From positions 121,768,001 through 121,832,000 of the forward strand of contig NC_042998.1 in NCBI RefSeq assembly GCF_006345805.1: a stretch of 64,000 nucleotides of DNA. Direction: 5' to 3'. A model generated the notes under the pieces. That model saw only the letters and a list, made by a program, of their open reading frames with translations. It ran no database searches and was not told where the DNA came from. This DNA comes from Octopus sinensis. Taxonomy: Eukaryota. This document shows, piece after piece, positions 37,095 through 50,600 of this stretch (positions are counted from its first letter, which is position 1; every line of letters starts with the position of its first letter). The translations under genes and the position numbers were made by a program.

Positions 37095-38334
37095 AACGTA
37101 GTTCTCAGTGAGATTTAGCATGATAAAGAATGTGGCAAGGCTGGCCCTTTGAAATAGAGGAACTACTCATTTTTGTAGCTGAGTAGACTGGAGCAGCATG
37201 AAATAAAGTGACTTGCTCAAGGACACAATATCACATCAGGAATTGAACTCACGACCTTACGCTTGTAAGCCAAATACCCTAACCACTAAGTGACATGTCT
37301 TCATGATACACACACATGCACACGCACGCACGAACACACACACACACACACACCACATATGTACAAGTGTATATAAAAAAAGTATCACAAGCCTCATTAT
37401 CAGTAAGTTCTACTATAGGTACAAAGCCTGAAATTTGGTGGAGAGGATTAGGCAATTACATTGACTCCAATACTTGACTGGTGCTTATTTTATTGACACT
37501 AAAAGGCAGATTCTGTGGAGTATACAGTATATTCCCTCCCTGGATGGGATACCAGTCTGTCACAGAATTACTCATTTTTACCAGCTGAGTGGACTTGGGA
37601 CAACGTGAAATGAAGTGTTTTGCTCAAGAACACAATGCATCACCCAGTTCAGGAATCAAAACCACAATCTTATGATCATGAATTGAACACCCCAACCACA
37701 AAACCACGTGCCTCTACGTATATGTGTATGTGTGTGAGTGCACACACACACACACATATATGTATGTATGTTATGTATGTATATGTATTCTTTTATATTA
37801 TTTTACTTGTTTTAGTTACTGACTGTGGCCATGCTTGTGCACCATCTGTATAACTAATAGTATTTCTATGGAGCTGCTTTTTTTTTTTATAGTTAGCTTT
37901 TCGTGAATGAGGAAGTTTGATGTAGTGGATTCATTTGCATTTCTTGCCATGACATTGGCTCATCTGGGATAATAGTTGAATATCCAGACAATTTTTTAAA
38001 ATACTTGCATCCACCTTGGCAAGATACTGAAAAGCTTTGGGCCTTTAAGCCCTAAGTTGCTATGAGAAACGTAGGACCTTTACGGCTCTGCAGGGAAGGA
38101 TTAGTATAGGTTTAGGATTCTCTAGTTAAGGGATTGGTATAGCTCTCAATACTGAAGTTTGGTGTGACCCTCAAGGATTTTCTATATATAAATCATTATA
38201 TATATATATATCTTCTTTGTCTACTTTCCAAAGAATGGAGTCTTAGTGCTTTCAATCCCTTCTGGTTGCTCAGCTTTTGTTTTGAGGCTATTTTCTTCAT
38301 GTAGTATCACTGTATTGCTTTTAGTTTTACAGTC

Positions 38335-40000
38335 CATTTAATACTTTTTGGCAATCATAGTTGCAAGCATAGTCCAGACATCTGAAGAGAAATGTTTTCC
38401 ATAAATGCAGCATGCTTTCTTGCTCTTCCATAAATGCAGCATGCTTTCTTGCTCTTCCATACAAAATGATTTCAAAATCCATCCTGTCAGTCTTTTGCAC
38501 ATCATTGCCATCTTGTTAATGTGTACACGAAAAGATGCAACATTACTCATATTTATTCCCAGTCATGCTCTGACTGTGACCCTGGAATTGCAATCCCTCA
38601 AGGTCCTGTGCATTCTGGATGTGATGTGTTTGTGGGCTAATAGTAATGATCTTTCCAGTGTTAAATTGCATGTTATTTTCTTTAGCCCACTTGTAGATTG
38701 CATTGAGGTCTTTCTATAGTTTTGGGGCTATACCAGTGTTTTTAATTGCCTGTGATACTTTTTATCATTGGCATAGCTGTTGAGAGTGACTATTCGTATA
38801 ACTGAAGGCATGTCTGATATTGCTAGTATAAACAGCTATGGCCAAAAGTCAGTTCTCTGGGACGCTCCATTCAAAATCAGTGTTTCTTTTGAGAGAGCAC
38901 CATTAGCATCAGCTATTTGACTTTTACCTCTTAAAAGGCCATGCAACCCACTCTCCTAATTTCCCAATTATGTCAAGATCACACAGTTTATAACACATAT
39001 CCCATGATCAACTTCATTGAAGGCCTTTTTGAAAGTCAAGATGTACCATGTATACATTTATGTAGTTGTTCCTAGTTATAGTATTATCGCAACTGTATAA
39101 AGTAGTTTCTTCTTGAGTGAAAGCCTTGCTGAAAATTAGTCAGTAACTCATTTTCTTCTAAGAACCTGATTTGTTTCTCTCTGATAATTCATTCTATGAC
39201 TTTGCAGACATATGAAGTAGAGAGAGGCCTAACTTTTAATATCTGCCTTGTTTCCTCTTTTATGAACAAAGCATGTTATGTTTTTAACTTATCTGGAGAT
39301 TTCTTTCTTGCCAAGAAAGTTTGAAAAGGCATCTAGAGTGGCTTGACAAAAGCCTGATAATATGTTTTTTCTGAGGATTGTTGGGAATCTACCAGGGCCT
39401 ATTGTTGAGTTTAAGCTCATTCCATCTATAGTTGATATTACATCTTCCTCTTTTATGTTGATGCAACTGTTACTTGCTGTGGTGTCAAAGAACTGATCTA
39501 CATGTTTCCTAACCAAAAGGGCAAAATATTGGATAGAGTTCAAGTGCTCCTTTTACTTTGGACTTTACAGTGTAGGTTCTGGAATGTATTTAATGAATTA
39601 TTGACATAAATTGCTCAAGTTTTATGCTTTTGTTTTGCATAGAGAAACTTTCAAGTGTGTTCTGTTTGAGAATCTCTCTTTGAAATAACTTCCAGTCAGC
39701 TTTATGAAAATTTCTTGGACCATACATTGTAGATGAGATCTATGTGAAGAACAGGTCTAAAATGTATTCATTCCTGGTTGTTTATAGCATAATTTGTTCA
39801 AATAGATATTCTGCTTGTTGTTTTTGTTCATTTAGTGATTTCCTAACAGAATGTGGCATTTGGTCTGTTCAGTATTGGGGATGTTAAAGTCACCCATGAA
39901 GAATATGTCATGTTGGTCCAGTCTGGTTAACACCTCTTTTATCTTATCAAGGCTTTCTTCAAATTTACTTCCATCGAGGCATCAGGTTGCTGGCATGTTT
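38335..40000 (-). pseudogene. Old CR1-group LINE fragment, longer duplicate
   Basis: Matches 18220-19567, then continues to an APE motif DIFFMGDFN (~39885-39912, minus strand). Confidence 0.7.
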
Positions 40001-40777
40001 TTCCATATAATCAAATTAAGTTGTTTAGTATATTAGTGACACACTAATATACTATTAGTGCGTCACAAACTGAATTAAAGTATGACAGCAAGACTAAAAG
40101 TGTGATGTTTTTAAGGATGAATATAGTAACTCTGCCATGGTATCTCTTTCTTCTTAATACAGAATATGACATACTTCAGTATGAATCTCTGCATCCACTA
40201 TAATTGGTGCCACTATGATTTCTGTACATATTGCTTGATTGCATTTTGCAAAATCTAGACAGCAGATTTTACTCCTGGTTATTGATTTATAACAGACCTC
40301 TAACATTCATTGATAACAGTGATATGATGTTTGGGTGGGCATCTGTGGTTGTCATCTTTTGTTTGTAATTTATGATGACTTTGTGTGTAGTTTTCGCTTG
40401 TTATCTGCTGCAGCCAAATCAGCTGCTGTACTCTCTTTAATGTGATGTTTAAAAAAGCATGCTGCTCATCTGCTACAGTTCATTATGCATTTTCATATCA
40501 TGTTTTGGTGGGTCATTTATTTTACATCCATTTTCTCAAACTAACATGAGTTAGATGAATACATATAACAAAAGCATTGTTTTCACAGCCAGGTTCCATT
40601 TCATGTCCCAAGCCATAGGGTTAGTTACATGCAGAGCACTCATCTTTGAAAGTGCAGAGCTAATGGATAATTTTTCTGTCAGAGAAATGTTAACAAATGT
40701 CATTGATTTTATTTGGAGAAGTGTAAAATGTAAAAATTCATGCACACATGTATGCAACACACACACACACACACACA

Positions 40778-41135
40778 CCATCATCATCATCAAAACTACT
40801 TTTGGTTTAATGTCCAGTTTTCCATTCTTGCATGTAGCAAATGAAATTCATTGAAGCAGATCTTTTATGGTTGGATGCTTTTCCTGTTGTCAACACTCCA
40901 CTGTCTCCAAGCAAGATAATATTTCCCCCTTGTCCTTCAAATGTGACCAGCACAATGTCTAGTGTTTTCACAAAAGATTACGACTGAATGACATTGCTTT
41001 TAAGGTTGCTAAATCCACAAACAAGGTTTTAGTAAGCCTGGTACTATAGTAGAGGACACTTACCCAAGGTGTTAAGTTGCGGGGCTGAACTCAAAGCCAT
41101 GTGGATATGAACTGAATTTCTTAACCACCCATCCA
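40778..41135 (-). mobile_element. tRNA-derived SINE with RTE-type tail
   Basis: Same architecture as 16451-16868. Confidence 0.6.
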
Positions 41136-41244
41136 CATATACTGTTTACTATGTGATATAACCATGTAGCTTCTCTACAGCAAGAAACCTGCTCTGTTTG
41201 GCCCCTTCTCTCATGCATTTCCTAGTTTAAAGTAGTCTCCCTAT

Positions 41245-41420
41245 ACACTGTAGCCACACCCAGTCAAAAGGGATTTTAGTCTTGCAAGCTGCTTGGTGAC
41301 CTCCATAGTGCTGTTATTATGAAAAAAGCATCCTGAACACACTGTATAGTGGTTGGCATTAGGAAAGACATCCAATGTAGAAACCATGTCAAAGCAACAA
41401 CTGAAGTATGATGCAGTCTC
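41245..41420 (+). mobile_element. SINE 3' fragment
   Basis: GCAAGCTGCTTGGTGACCTC..GGTTGGCATTAGGAAAGACATCCAATGTAGAAACC matches the RTE-tail SINE body. Confidence 0.5.
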
Positions 41421-44400
41421 CAAGCCTGCATAATTAATTTTCCATAGGTTTACAGATTATCCTCATGCTGATAAATTCCTTTTTCACAGATTTTGGTCTC
41501 TGTGACAAGTCAGCCTGGTGGAATTCATCTGTACTGATTTTGTTATTTTATAAAATAAGCAATATATTGGTGTATTTTGGTAGAGCCATAATGGTAATTA
41601 AACTAAACATATGCACTTGTGAATTCTTTTCTTCATTACATTTGATACATTCATTGTAGAAGTGAGGGAGCTCCTCCACTGCCCCACAAAAAATGAAAAT
41701 CATACGACTAGTCTTGACTTTTTTGTACTTACTAGATATTAAAAATGCCATGCTTATAACTACATGACAAAATGTAGAGATAAAAAAAAATGTATTCAAA
41801 TGCCAAAGAACATTTCTATTACATGAAGATGAATGTCATATCATAATATCGAAGTAACACAGAGATTGGCAGGAAGCTGTAAAAGACTGCGAAATACATT
41901 AAAAAAAACCCCATCAAAGACTAACAACAATGTCAATAATAACATAAACCTTAATGGTAAATATAAGAAGCAAAACAAAAAAATGTGATGTGTAAGTTGT
42001 TACATGCAATATAATAAGCATTATCAACTGGACAGCAGACAGCAAACTATTGTAACAAATGTTACAGATGTTTGTCACAAAAGAAAAAAAAAATGAAAAA
42101 GAGGGAGTGAGAGAAAGAGAGATGGAGAGTGAAGATTAAAAAAAAATAAAACAGCTACAAACATTTATTTTTATAAAGATTCAAACATTTTGGAAGATAA
42201 ACAATGAAAAAAAAACCCAGGTTATGAAAATATAGTTCTTTTATTGATCGAGATATATATGAATAGAACTAAAGACATGTTCAACTGTTATGACAGAATA
42301 TCAGTGCTACCTATCACAACATGGCATAAAAGAATTGCTGAAACAATATTGAAGAAATTCTTTTCTCTTCCTTTTTCACTTGTAATCTTCATAGAGTGTT
42401 TCCGAAAAAAAAAAAAAATAAAAAAGGAAAGAAAACAACCAACGAACAAACATTAGTACAAGGCAAGAATTTGAGAAGTTTGAATGAAAATCTCAGTACT
42501 ATTTCTACAGAGGATAAATTCAATGGCCAAAAAATGGTGTTTGAAATTATCTACATTGCAGATGTAAAGGTAAAAAAAAAACACAAAATAAAAAATAAAA
42601 GAAAAACATAATTCCCTGAGTGTTTGAATTTCTCAGTTTGGAATATAGAACCAATATGGCTGCCAGCTAACAAGCTTTCTACACAATTATTTCATTAAAT
42701 CAAATAAAAGGTAAAAGTTGATGACAAAAATCTTTTATAAAATATTGTAGCTTCCTTCACTGAACTTAGAAATTTGAATAATTTTATTATATCTTTAAAT
42801 ATTTTTTGATGTTTTGTTTAGACAGAGAAATCAGATTAAACTATTAAACTAGTTTTAGTTAACGGTTATCTTGTTAAAATGTAGTACGAATCATCTTATA
42901 CAAGGTATTTCCAGTTTTTTTTTAAAATTCTAAATAACTTTACAAAACACAAACTAATACAAGAAAATTTTTACATTTGATAAATTGAATATTCACAAAG
43001 ACAGATGAAAGGTGCTGATCAGTCCAACTAAATTGCAAAGATGAAAAATATTCCTGACATTCTAGTTGACTCATTTTCTCTCTTTCTCACGCACAAATTG
43101 TCTTTTATTCTCTCTTGTATGTCACATAGAAGTAACATTCTGTCAAACTTACACACCTCTCACCTGCTTACATACAACTGATATACATCACAGCATTTTA
43201 ATGTACAGAACTGCTTCCTTGGTTACAAAATTTGAACATGCTAATTCAAGGTTGGCTGGGTGGGTGTTTCATGCTACCAATTTGAACACTATAATTATAC
43301 ATACCATTACAAGATCAGTATTCACAAACAATGTTGCAAGTTTGTTGATTATTTCATTAAGTTTATGTAGAAAGACTGCTTTTTAGGTGATTAAGGTATG
43401 ACCTCTGCAAAATGGTGAAAAATTTTGGAAAATTGATCTGCAATTCCAATTGAGCTGTTTCATACCATATTTTAGTTTAAATCAATGATCTGGAGAGGAA
43501 TGAGCTTCACCAGGATAAATCATTCTCACTTTATATGAAAATGAATCCTTTAGTAGTCACCAAACAACTAAGATTACTTGGCAATTTTATTTCAGATAGT
43601 GTGTTTTTTTTTTAACCAAATGCTTATTATATGATTGAAAGCTAGAAAAAGGGCTGAGATGATGGGATGCAAGATGACCAACTAAAGACTCAGCCATTCA
43701 AATCCTGTCACTAACCTTAAATGGCTTAATCCATCAAGTTGTAAACAGATAGGTACCAGATTCAGCATTGTTTCACTAGCTTGCAGTGTTAAACTCAGTT
43801 TATCTTTGATGAAGAGAGAAATGAGATTTGCAAAGCTGATTTATCCTACATAAACTAAATGGGTTTTTTTAGTTGTATGGGATTGACCATTTGTAGGAAT
43901 ATATTACCTTAACTGTCACATTATCTTTTCGATTGTTTGTTTTTCTCTTTTTCACTTAACACTTTCAATAACTCAGAATAAAATTCTTTTTAACAAAGTT
44001 ATTATATAAATAAGTCATCATTAACTCACACATACACACACACACACATGCATATATATATATATATGAAAAAAATGCAAATGATTAAGTCACTGGAGTA
44101 TCATTTAACAGTTTAAATCTGTTACTAGAGTTTCATGTATCTGTGGCCAAAGAAGCTTCATTTTCAACAGTCCAGTTCAAGTATTGCAGAGCAGTAAGTA
44201 TAATTTGCTACCTTTAGAAGTAGCTGCTTCACTATAGAATAATAAAGGCTTCACTGGCCACCAATACTTGATTCACTTCAGAAAAAGCTAGCTGCAACAG
44301 ACTAACATCCTATTCAGAGTGTTATGTTTCATAAAATGAAATGGATTCCATCTAGAAAACTGAAGACTTTTATGTTCTATAGTGTTCATCATAGATTAGT

Positions 44401-44849
44401 TTTAAAACATATTGCTTTCTTTTGATCAGTTAAAAGAAAGTTTTATATTTAAAGAAGATAGACATATGAACTAGTGACTTTGTGCCCTTTTTAAGCATAT
44501 AACTATTTTTTCCTGCTTATGAAGTTTCTGTATTTAAAAAGGGAAAAAAGAAGTTGTTTCCAAGAATATTAGTTGGGTAAATGAAGTGTCTTGGTTTGTG
44601 TGTTTAGTATATCAGGATATATAGCCCTCTTGTTCTACAGAACTTTAAAATACATTGATTTCTTTTGATCAAAATCAAGTGGTTTTATATTTTAAGGGAT
44701 TTGGAAGAAGTAATACTTATATCCATCTTAAAGGAGGTGGTGGTGATGGATATCCATTGTTCAATTATGGGGATTCAGTTGTTGGATTATCTAAATTACT
44801 TGCTCTTGAATTAACATGATTCTTAGGCAAAACCAGTATGACACAGTAT

Positions 44850-45045
44850 GTTACAAGGTTATGCCTTTTGAATTAAAACTACTGGCCATATGATGGACTT
44901 CTATATGACTTCTGTCTCCCCAATTTCAATCACAAAGTATGGGTCAACTAAGGGCTATAGAAAATGGCATTTGCCCAAGATGTCATACAGTGGAATTGAA
45001 GCAATGACCTTGTAGTAGTGAAATAAACTTTTAAACCATTTGGTC
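44850..45045 (-). mobile_element. Decayed SINE head fragment
   Basis: TGCCCAAGATGTCATACAGTGGAATTGAA..TTTTAAACCA is similar to the 16790-16868 head. Confidence 0.45.
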
Positions 45046-45499
45046 ACACTGCACTTGTTTAAAGGAATTAGTGGCACAAATAAAGTGAAATGGTTTCAAC
45101 TTATCAAAACTAATTTATGGACCCAGCTTCTTGGAAGCTTGCTTTTTTATGCCACATGGTACATGGAATCTTACAATGCATTGCTTTCTTATTTAAGTAC
45201 AAGACCGATATTAGTAAGGGAAAGGAGTAGAGTTGATTGAATTGACTATTATATTGCTAGTTGCTAGCACTAATAATAATACTGATTTTATTTTTGATTA
45301 AGCACCAAGTCAATATTTTACAGATGAGGAGATATAGATCATTGGATCAATACATTAGAAGTATATAACTTAACAACTCAAGAGGACACAACAGAATATG
45401 AAGCTGGATGCAAGAGAGCGAAATTAAAAACAGTGAGACATTTAGTTTGATATTATGCTGTTTCTAGGAACTATTATTTAACAGTACCTTCACACAAAG

Positions 45500-45720
45500 C
45501 ACAAGGCCAATTTTGTAAAGGGATGGATATATTCAATCAAATTAACACAATACATTATTCATACTCATTCCATTAACCATGGTAAAATGAAAGACAAAAT
45601 CAACTGAGGTGGAATTCAAACTCAGAATGGAAACTGGCAAAACTATACACTGCAAAGCATTTAGTTCCTTTCTCTGTAACAAATCTGCCAACTTGCTGCT
45701 ACACAGCACCAAGCAATACA
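45500..45720 (-). mobile_element. Decayed SINE of the 59-63 kb family
   Basis: CACAAGGCC..ATGAAAGACAAAATCAACTGAGGTGGAATTCAAACTCAGAATG. Confidence 0.55.
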
Positions 45721-46879
45721 TTTATAGAATCCAATAGATTTCCAATGATAATGCTTATTTTTGTAAGAAGAGGAAATATTTGTTGGATCTCTGTATCAAA
45801 GATAAGTTTGAGACTTTGAGAAAGCTGCTTTGATCAGTGATCTAGTACTGGTTAGTGGCAGAATGAAAATGCCATTAGTTAACAGCAATTCACATATTGG
45901 CAAGGAAACTGAAGTATGATGAAACATTAATTTTAATTTATCTTTCAAGAAACTCAATATTTTAACAATGCCTTATGTTGTTTTAGGAGCAAATAACTTC
46001 TTTCATCAGTTTACCTAAATTTGAAATTGTAATATCATACAGTTCACTGAATAATCATTAATTAGTAATGACTTGTCTTAAAGCCTCCGTGTTGAAATTT
46101 TGATGATGAAGCATTTTTGGAAATTATTAAGATGAGGATGTTTCTGAAAACTTCAGAGAGTCCATAATAAACAGCAATTAGTTCAGATTTCATATAAGTC
46201 TCTCTTAGGTTGGAACATGAATGGGATGGCAGTTTAATGTAGAGAGATATTCTCAGGTTTGGACACTATTACCAGTAGCTAGGTAAATTGAGGTATGTAA
46301 AATGGAGTGTATGGTTTTAACACACAATGAAATGGAGTGAATTTGAACTCATGATTTATAAGTTGATAGTATGATAAAGTATCATACTTTATCCACTCTA
46401 CTATTTTGCCATTAATCTTACAAGTATCATTGCAAGAACTTTCTGGTATTAAAAGATACCTGACACATATCTAATTTGTACTTTTAATTTACGTAAAAGT
46501 TACTATAAATTTATTGCAGATTATGAAGTAATTCTGTCCATCCAAGGATGAATTCATTCATTTAATGAAGCCAATTTATCAGCTGATCTCAGTAAATCTG
46601 GACCTAACCTAGTTACTAAGCTGACAGTTGGAGTGAAACATATTTATTTCTTTTTTGCACCTACCAAAATATAACAATAACTGAGATCAGGCCATATCGT
46701 CATGTCTATAAAAAGAAAGAGAGAGGTATGGGGCTACTTGCAATGTTTGTTGAGCAGTTTTGTTGCTTATACTGTGTGAATGTGTAGGCTTCAGAAAAAC
46801 TGCAAAATGAAAAATTTTTAATAAATATATATGAATATGTGCATATGCAAATATACACACACACGCACACAAGTACAAT

Positions 46880-47564
46880 ATACTGCAGACCATGATGACA
46901 GAGCTGAACACTCAGAGCTTAGGAATAGGTTTAAAATGAACCACACAAAAACAAAATATATGCAGTCAGATGTAGTACAAGGCCAAATAGTAGTGGGTGG
47001 TGGTGGTGATGAAATCAATGAGATAAAGGAGCATGTCTACTTAGGTCACACAATGAATATGAGCTGAGATATGGATGCTGAAATCTCAAAGAGAATAAGG
47101 GTAGGATGGAAGGCCTTTAACTCAATTATGGATGTGCTCCAAACAAAGCTAGACAATGCCATATGTACCAGACTCTTCAACAGCACCGTCCTACTTATGC
47201 TCTTATATGCAAATGAGACGTAGGCTACTATGAAGAGAATAGAACATTGATTGGCTATGATGCAAAGGCCCTTGGAAAGGTACATGCTAGGAATATCACT
47301 AAGAGAGCACATCTGAAATGAGATAATTCAAGAATGGACATGTTGCAAAGCTTACAAACAACAGGTGGACCCATGCAGTTGCTGAGTAGTAAGTATCCAA
47401 GAGATCAGAAAGGGCTGCTTAGAAGGCCACCATGTTGATGAGAAGATGATTTAATCAAGCAATTTGGGTTGAGATGGAAAAAAAATGGTGCCATCAAGAC
47501 AGAACTGGAAGTGCATTGTGACCAGCAGTGTATAACAGCATCTGATGGTTTGGTCAATATCGTG

Positions 47565-47567
<3 letters not shown>
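46880..47567 (+). pseudogene. RTE-clade LINE 3' fragment
   Basis: FKMNHTKTKYM..EIKEHVYLGH and AEISKRIRVGWKAFNSI..RLFNSTVL..LYANET, typical of the RTE RT C-terminal region. Ends at a (TA)n tract. Confidence 0.8.
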
Positions 47568-47625
<58 letters not shown>

Positions 47626-50600
47626 CATACATACACACACATAAATACTTTTAATAAGTAAATAAGTTCTTAAGTTAACATTCATATTAATTAATGGCAG
47701 AATGATGGGTTAAATAAGGCCTGAGGGTATTTAGTTATGGCATTTTACCTTCTGCAATTACATCCTGTCAAGGGTGACTTTTCCTGTCATCTCTCCAGGG
47801 CCAACAACAGAGTGTATTAGGACTAATTCATTCACCTATACTCCCTTCTTATAAATTTTGTGCCCAAATAAGAAATTAATCTTTTAGTAAGCTGTGTCTA
47901 TTTGCCATGTTGTGATTTCATTTCCTTGCTTCAAATACTCTCTGGAAAGACACAAAAATTTTCCATGGACATTTCATAAATTATCCATTCTGTTTTATGG
48001 AGTGGCTATGGGGGCAAAATAACTTTTCAACAAAGTGTCTTGAAAGCTAATAAATGTTAAATAGTTGCACTATAATTAAATAATTGCACTATAGAATAAT
48101 TTCTATTGGTTTTGCCTGAATCAGGGAATACCAGTCTTGTCTCAAGGCCAAAAAATTCAACACTGAACTGCTGATCAGATTCATCAAAAGAAACTTCAAA
48201 TGTTTGGTTAAAATGTGGAAGTCTATGACTTGCATTAGAAACTGATGCACACACAGATATTGGGATTAAATATGTCAGTCATCACTAACAATACTTAAAA
48301 CTATTATAGTGGCTAAATAGAGATTAACACTACTATTAAACCCATTTACATATGAGGCAGAAATAATATGCTGATAGAATGAGAGTTGAGAGAAAAAGCA
48401 AAGTGGGGGAAAGTGAGAAGAGAGAGACAAAGAGAAAGGAGGCAGAGATTTATTTGATAGCTTTGATTATAAAGAATTTATAGAAGTGCAATAAAGTTTA
48501 TTTTTATGATTGTAGTTAATGTATCAGGTCATTAATAATTTCTTTGCTGACCTTAAGGATGTTTAAGATTGATTTCCACTTAAACTATTCTTTAATAGTG
48601 CTTAAATTAAAAACTTTTAATTCGTTCTCTTCTTATTTCCATTATGTACTATCTGTTCCAGTTAGAAGCCATAATAGGTTGGTTGAGATAGATGCCTTTT
48701 AAGAATGAAGTTCAATATCTGAAGAGAAAGACTTTATTTAAAGAGGGTCTCAGAAAATTGTGATCAAAATAAGCAGCCTTTAGGGTGAAGATTAATTCTA
48801 GACTATTTCAAATTACTTCTGTCATGAATCAAGATATTTCCCCTCAATCTGCATAAAGATAATTTCTAAAGAAAGGACTTTAATTTAAAATTTCAATCAG
48901 AAATTTTAGAGAGAAATTATGCTACAACTGAAATAACTTAAAAGAACTAATTTTAGTTTTAGCCTAAGGCCACACTGATGAATTCAGACTACAGAACTGC
49001 TCAATGGTATATACAGAGGAAAGAAGAATGATGATATGAATTATTATATTATATGGTGGCAAGAAACTCTATTAAGGAATTCCTTGATTGTGTAGTGTAA
49101 GAAAAAAAGAAAAAATTCTGACAGCAGTCAATTTTAAATATATCAATTGATCATTAGCGGCAATGATGGTGTCTGTCATGACCATAACTGTAATGGATAT
49201 TTTGGTAGCTGGAATAGGAGTATCAGTGAAAATTGGTCGTTATAAAGTGATTAGAAGGATGAATAGACTGGAGTTGCTTTGGTACTGCAAGTTAATGAAA
49301 CACTTGACAATAATACTGTGCTGATATTAATTACAGTGGTGGAATATACCACTCAAAGGTGAAATAAGCAATTGAGAGTTAAGTGTCTTAGCCATGCAGA
49401 AGTGATGTCAAAATATGAATTACCAAAGTCTTGTATGATAATCTGGTACCTTATCAGCTTGATCATCCACACACTTAACTGAATTAATAATGCCTCAAGG
49501 GTCATATAACAACTGAAACTTGGTTTTATTAGATAATTATTATTATTTCATGTCAATTACTGAAAAATGTACTAAAAACATTCAATTTCAACCTTTCAGT
49601 TTAATGAGCTATTAAAAGGAATTTGATCAAACAAAAATACTGAATAAATTTACTTTTCTCGTTATGTAGCATTGTGGGGCTTTTGTCAGTTTCTTTTAAT
49701 TATATACATACACACATACATACATATACATTTACACACACACATATTGAGCAAATTTTTTATTGAAACTGAAACTTTGTCTTATGACTTGAATTTCATG
49801 CTGCTAGAGTTTTAAATTAAATTTAGTGTAAATTTATCCAGAATTCAATAGTAAATAGACGTTTAGAATTTAAACAAAACAAAATATGTACGTGTACACA
49901 CAAAAATACACAAACATATATGAATGTATGTATGACAGAATATAAAAATGTGAGAAACTGGTTTTCATATTTTTATTACTTATCATACGTGTTCTTTTTA
50001 TAGTTACATATTTTGCTCTGTTTAAAATGTAAATATATATTGCAGAATAGTTATGGACATATAAAAATGCCAAATATTCAGAATTCCTATTCTATTTGAA
50101 CATCCTATGATATAAAAACTAAAAATATATGAGGTAGAAGCTGAAGCTCCTGTTGAATGCAACATGTATTTTTGACATACATGTTAAAAAGGCAGTGAAA
50201 AAAAATAAAATAAAAATAGAAGCATTTGTCTAGATTTTACAGAGTCAATTCTCAGTGAAGTAAGTGAATTTTCTGAAGACAACATCGTTGCAACACTGTC
50301 TAAATATTTCTCAAAATTAAAACCAAATATTAAACACCATACCATTTTCAGAATCCCACAACACTTAATGTGCTAACAACATCACTGACAAGAACAACAA
50401 CAACAACAACAAAGAAAGCACAAAATCTTTACTCTAATGTGACAAATAAAACCAAAAACAACTAAAAAAATCCCAGCTAACCTGAAGAGTGCAAGTGAGT
50501 AAGAAATGCAGCTATTTGTGAAAACAAGTGCATTTGCATGCCTGGGTTGGTGAGCTAAGAGCATGTTAAAATTTGGATGGGCACAAAGATATCTACACTT

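Larger units (their letters stand above)
23870..39709 (+). repeat. Block 2 of a direct segmental duplication (partner ~6196-19567)
   Basis: Colinear PLE palindrome, 806-bp unit, SINE trio (37090-37705 = 16983-17582), unique sequence and old CR1. Similarity ends at TTTATGAAA (19567 / 39709). Confidence 0.9.

Noticed and set aside
41450-43420. Several short exon-like patches (e.g. 42511-42569 +, ~41620-41680 -)
   Set aside because: No consistent strand or phase and no recognisable protein; cannot be supported without RNA data.
49130-49280. Minus-strand RPIFTDTPIPATK as a cadherin-like exon
   Set aside because: A stop codon lies immediately upstream, there is no acceptor AG, and the cadherin motifs are not in frame.
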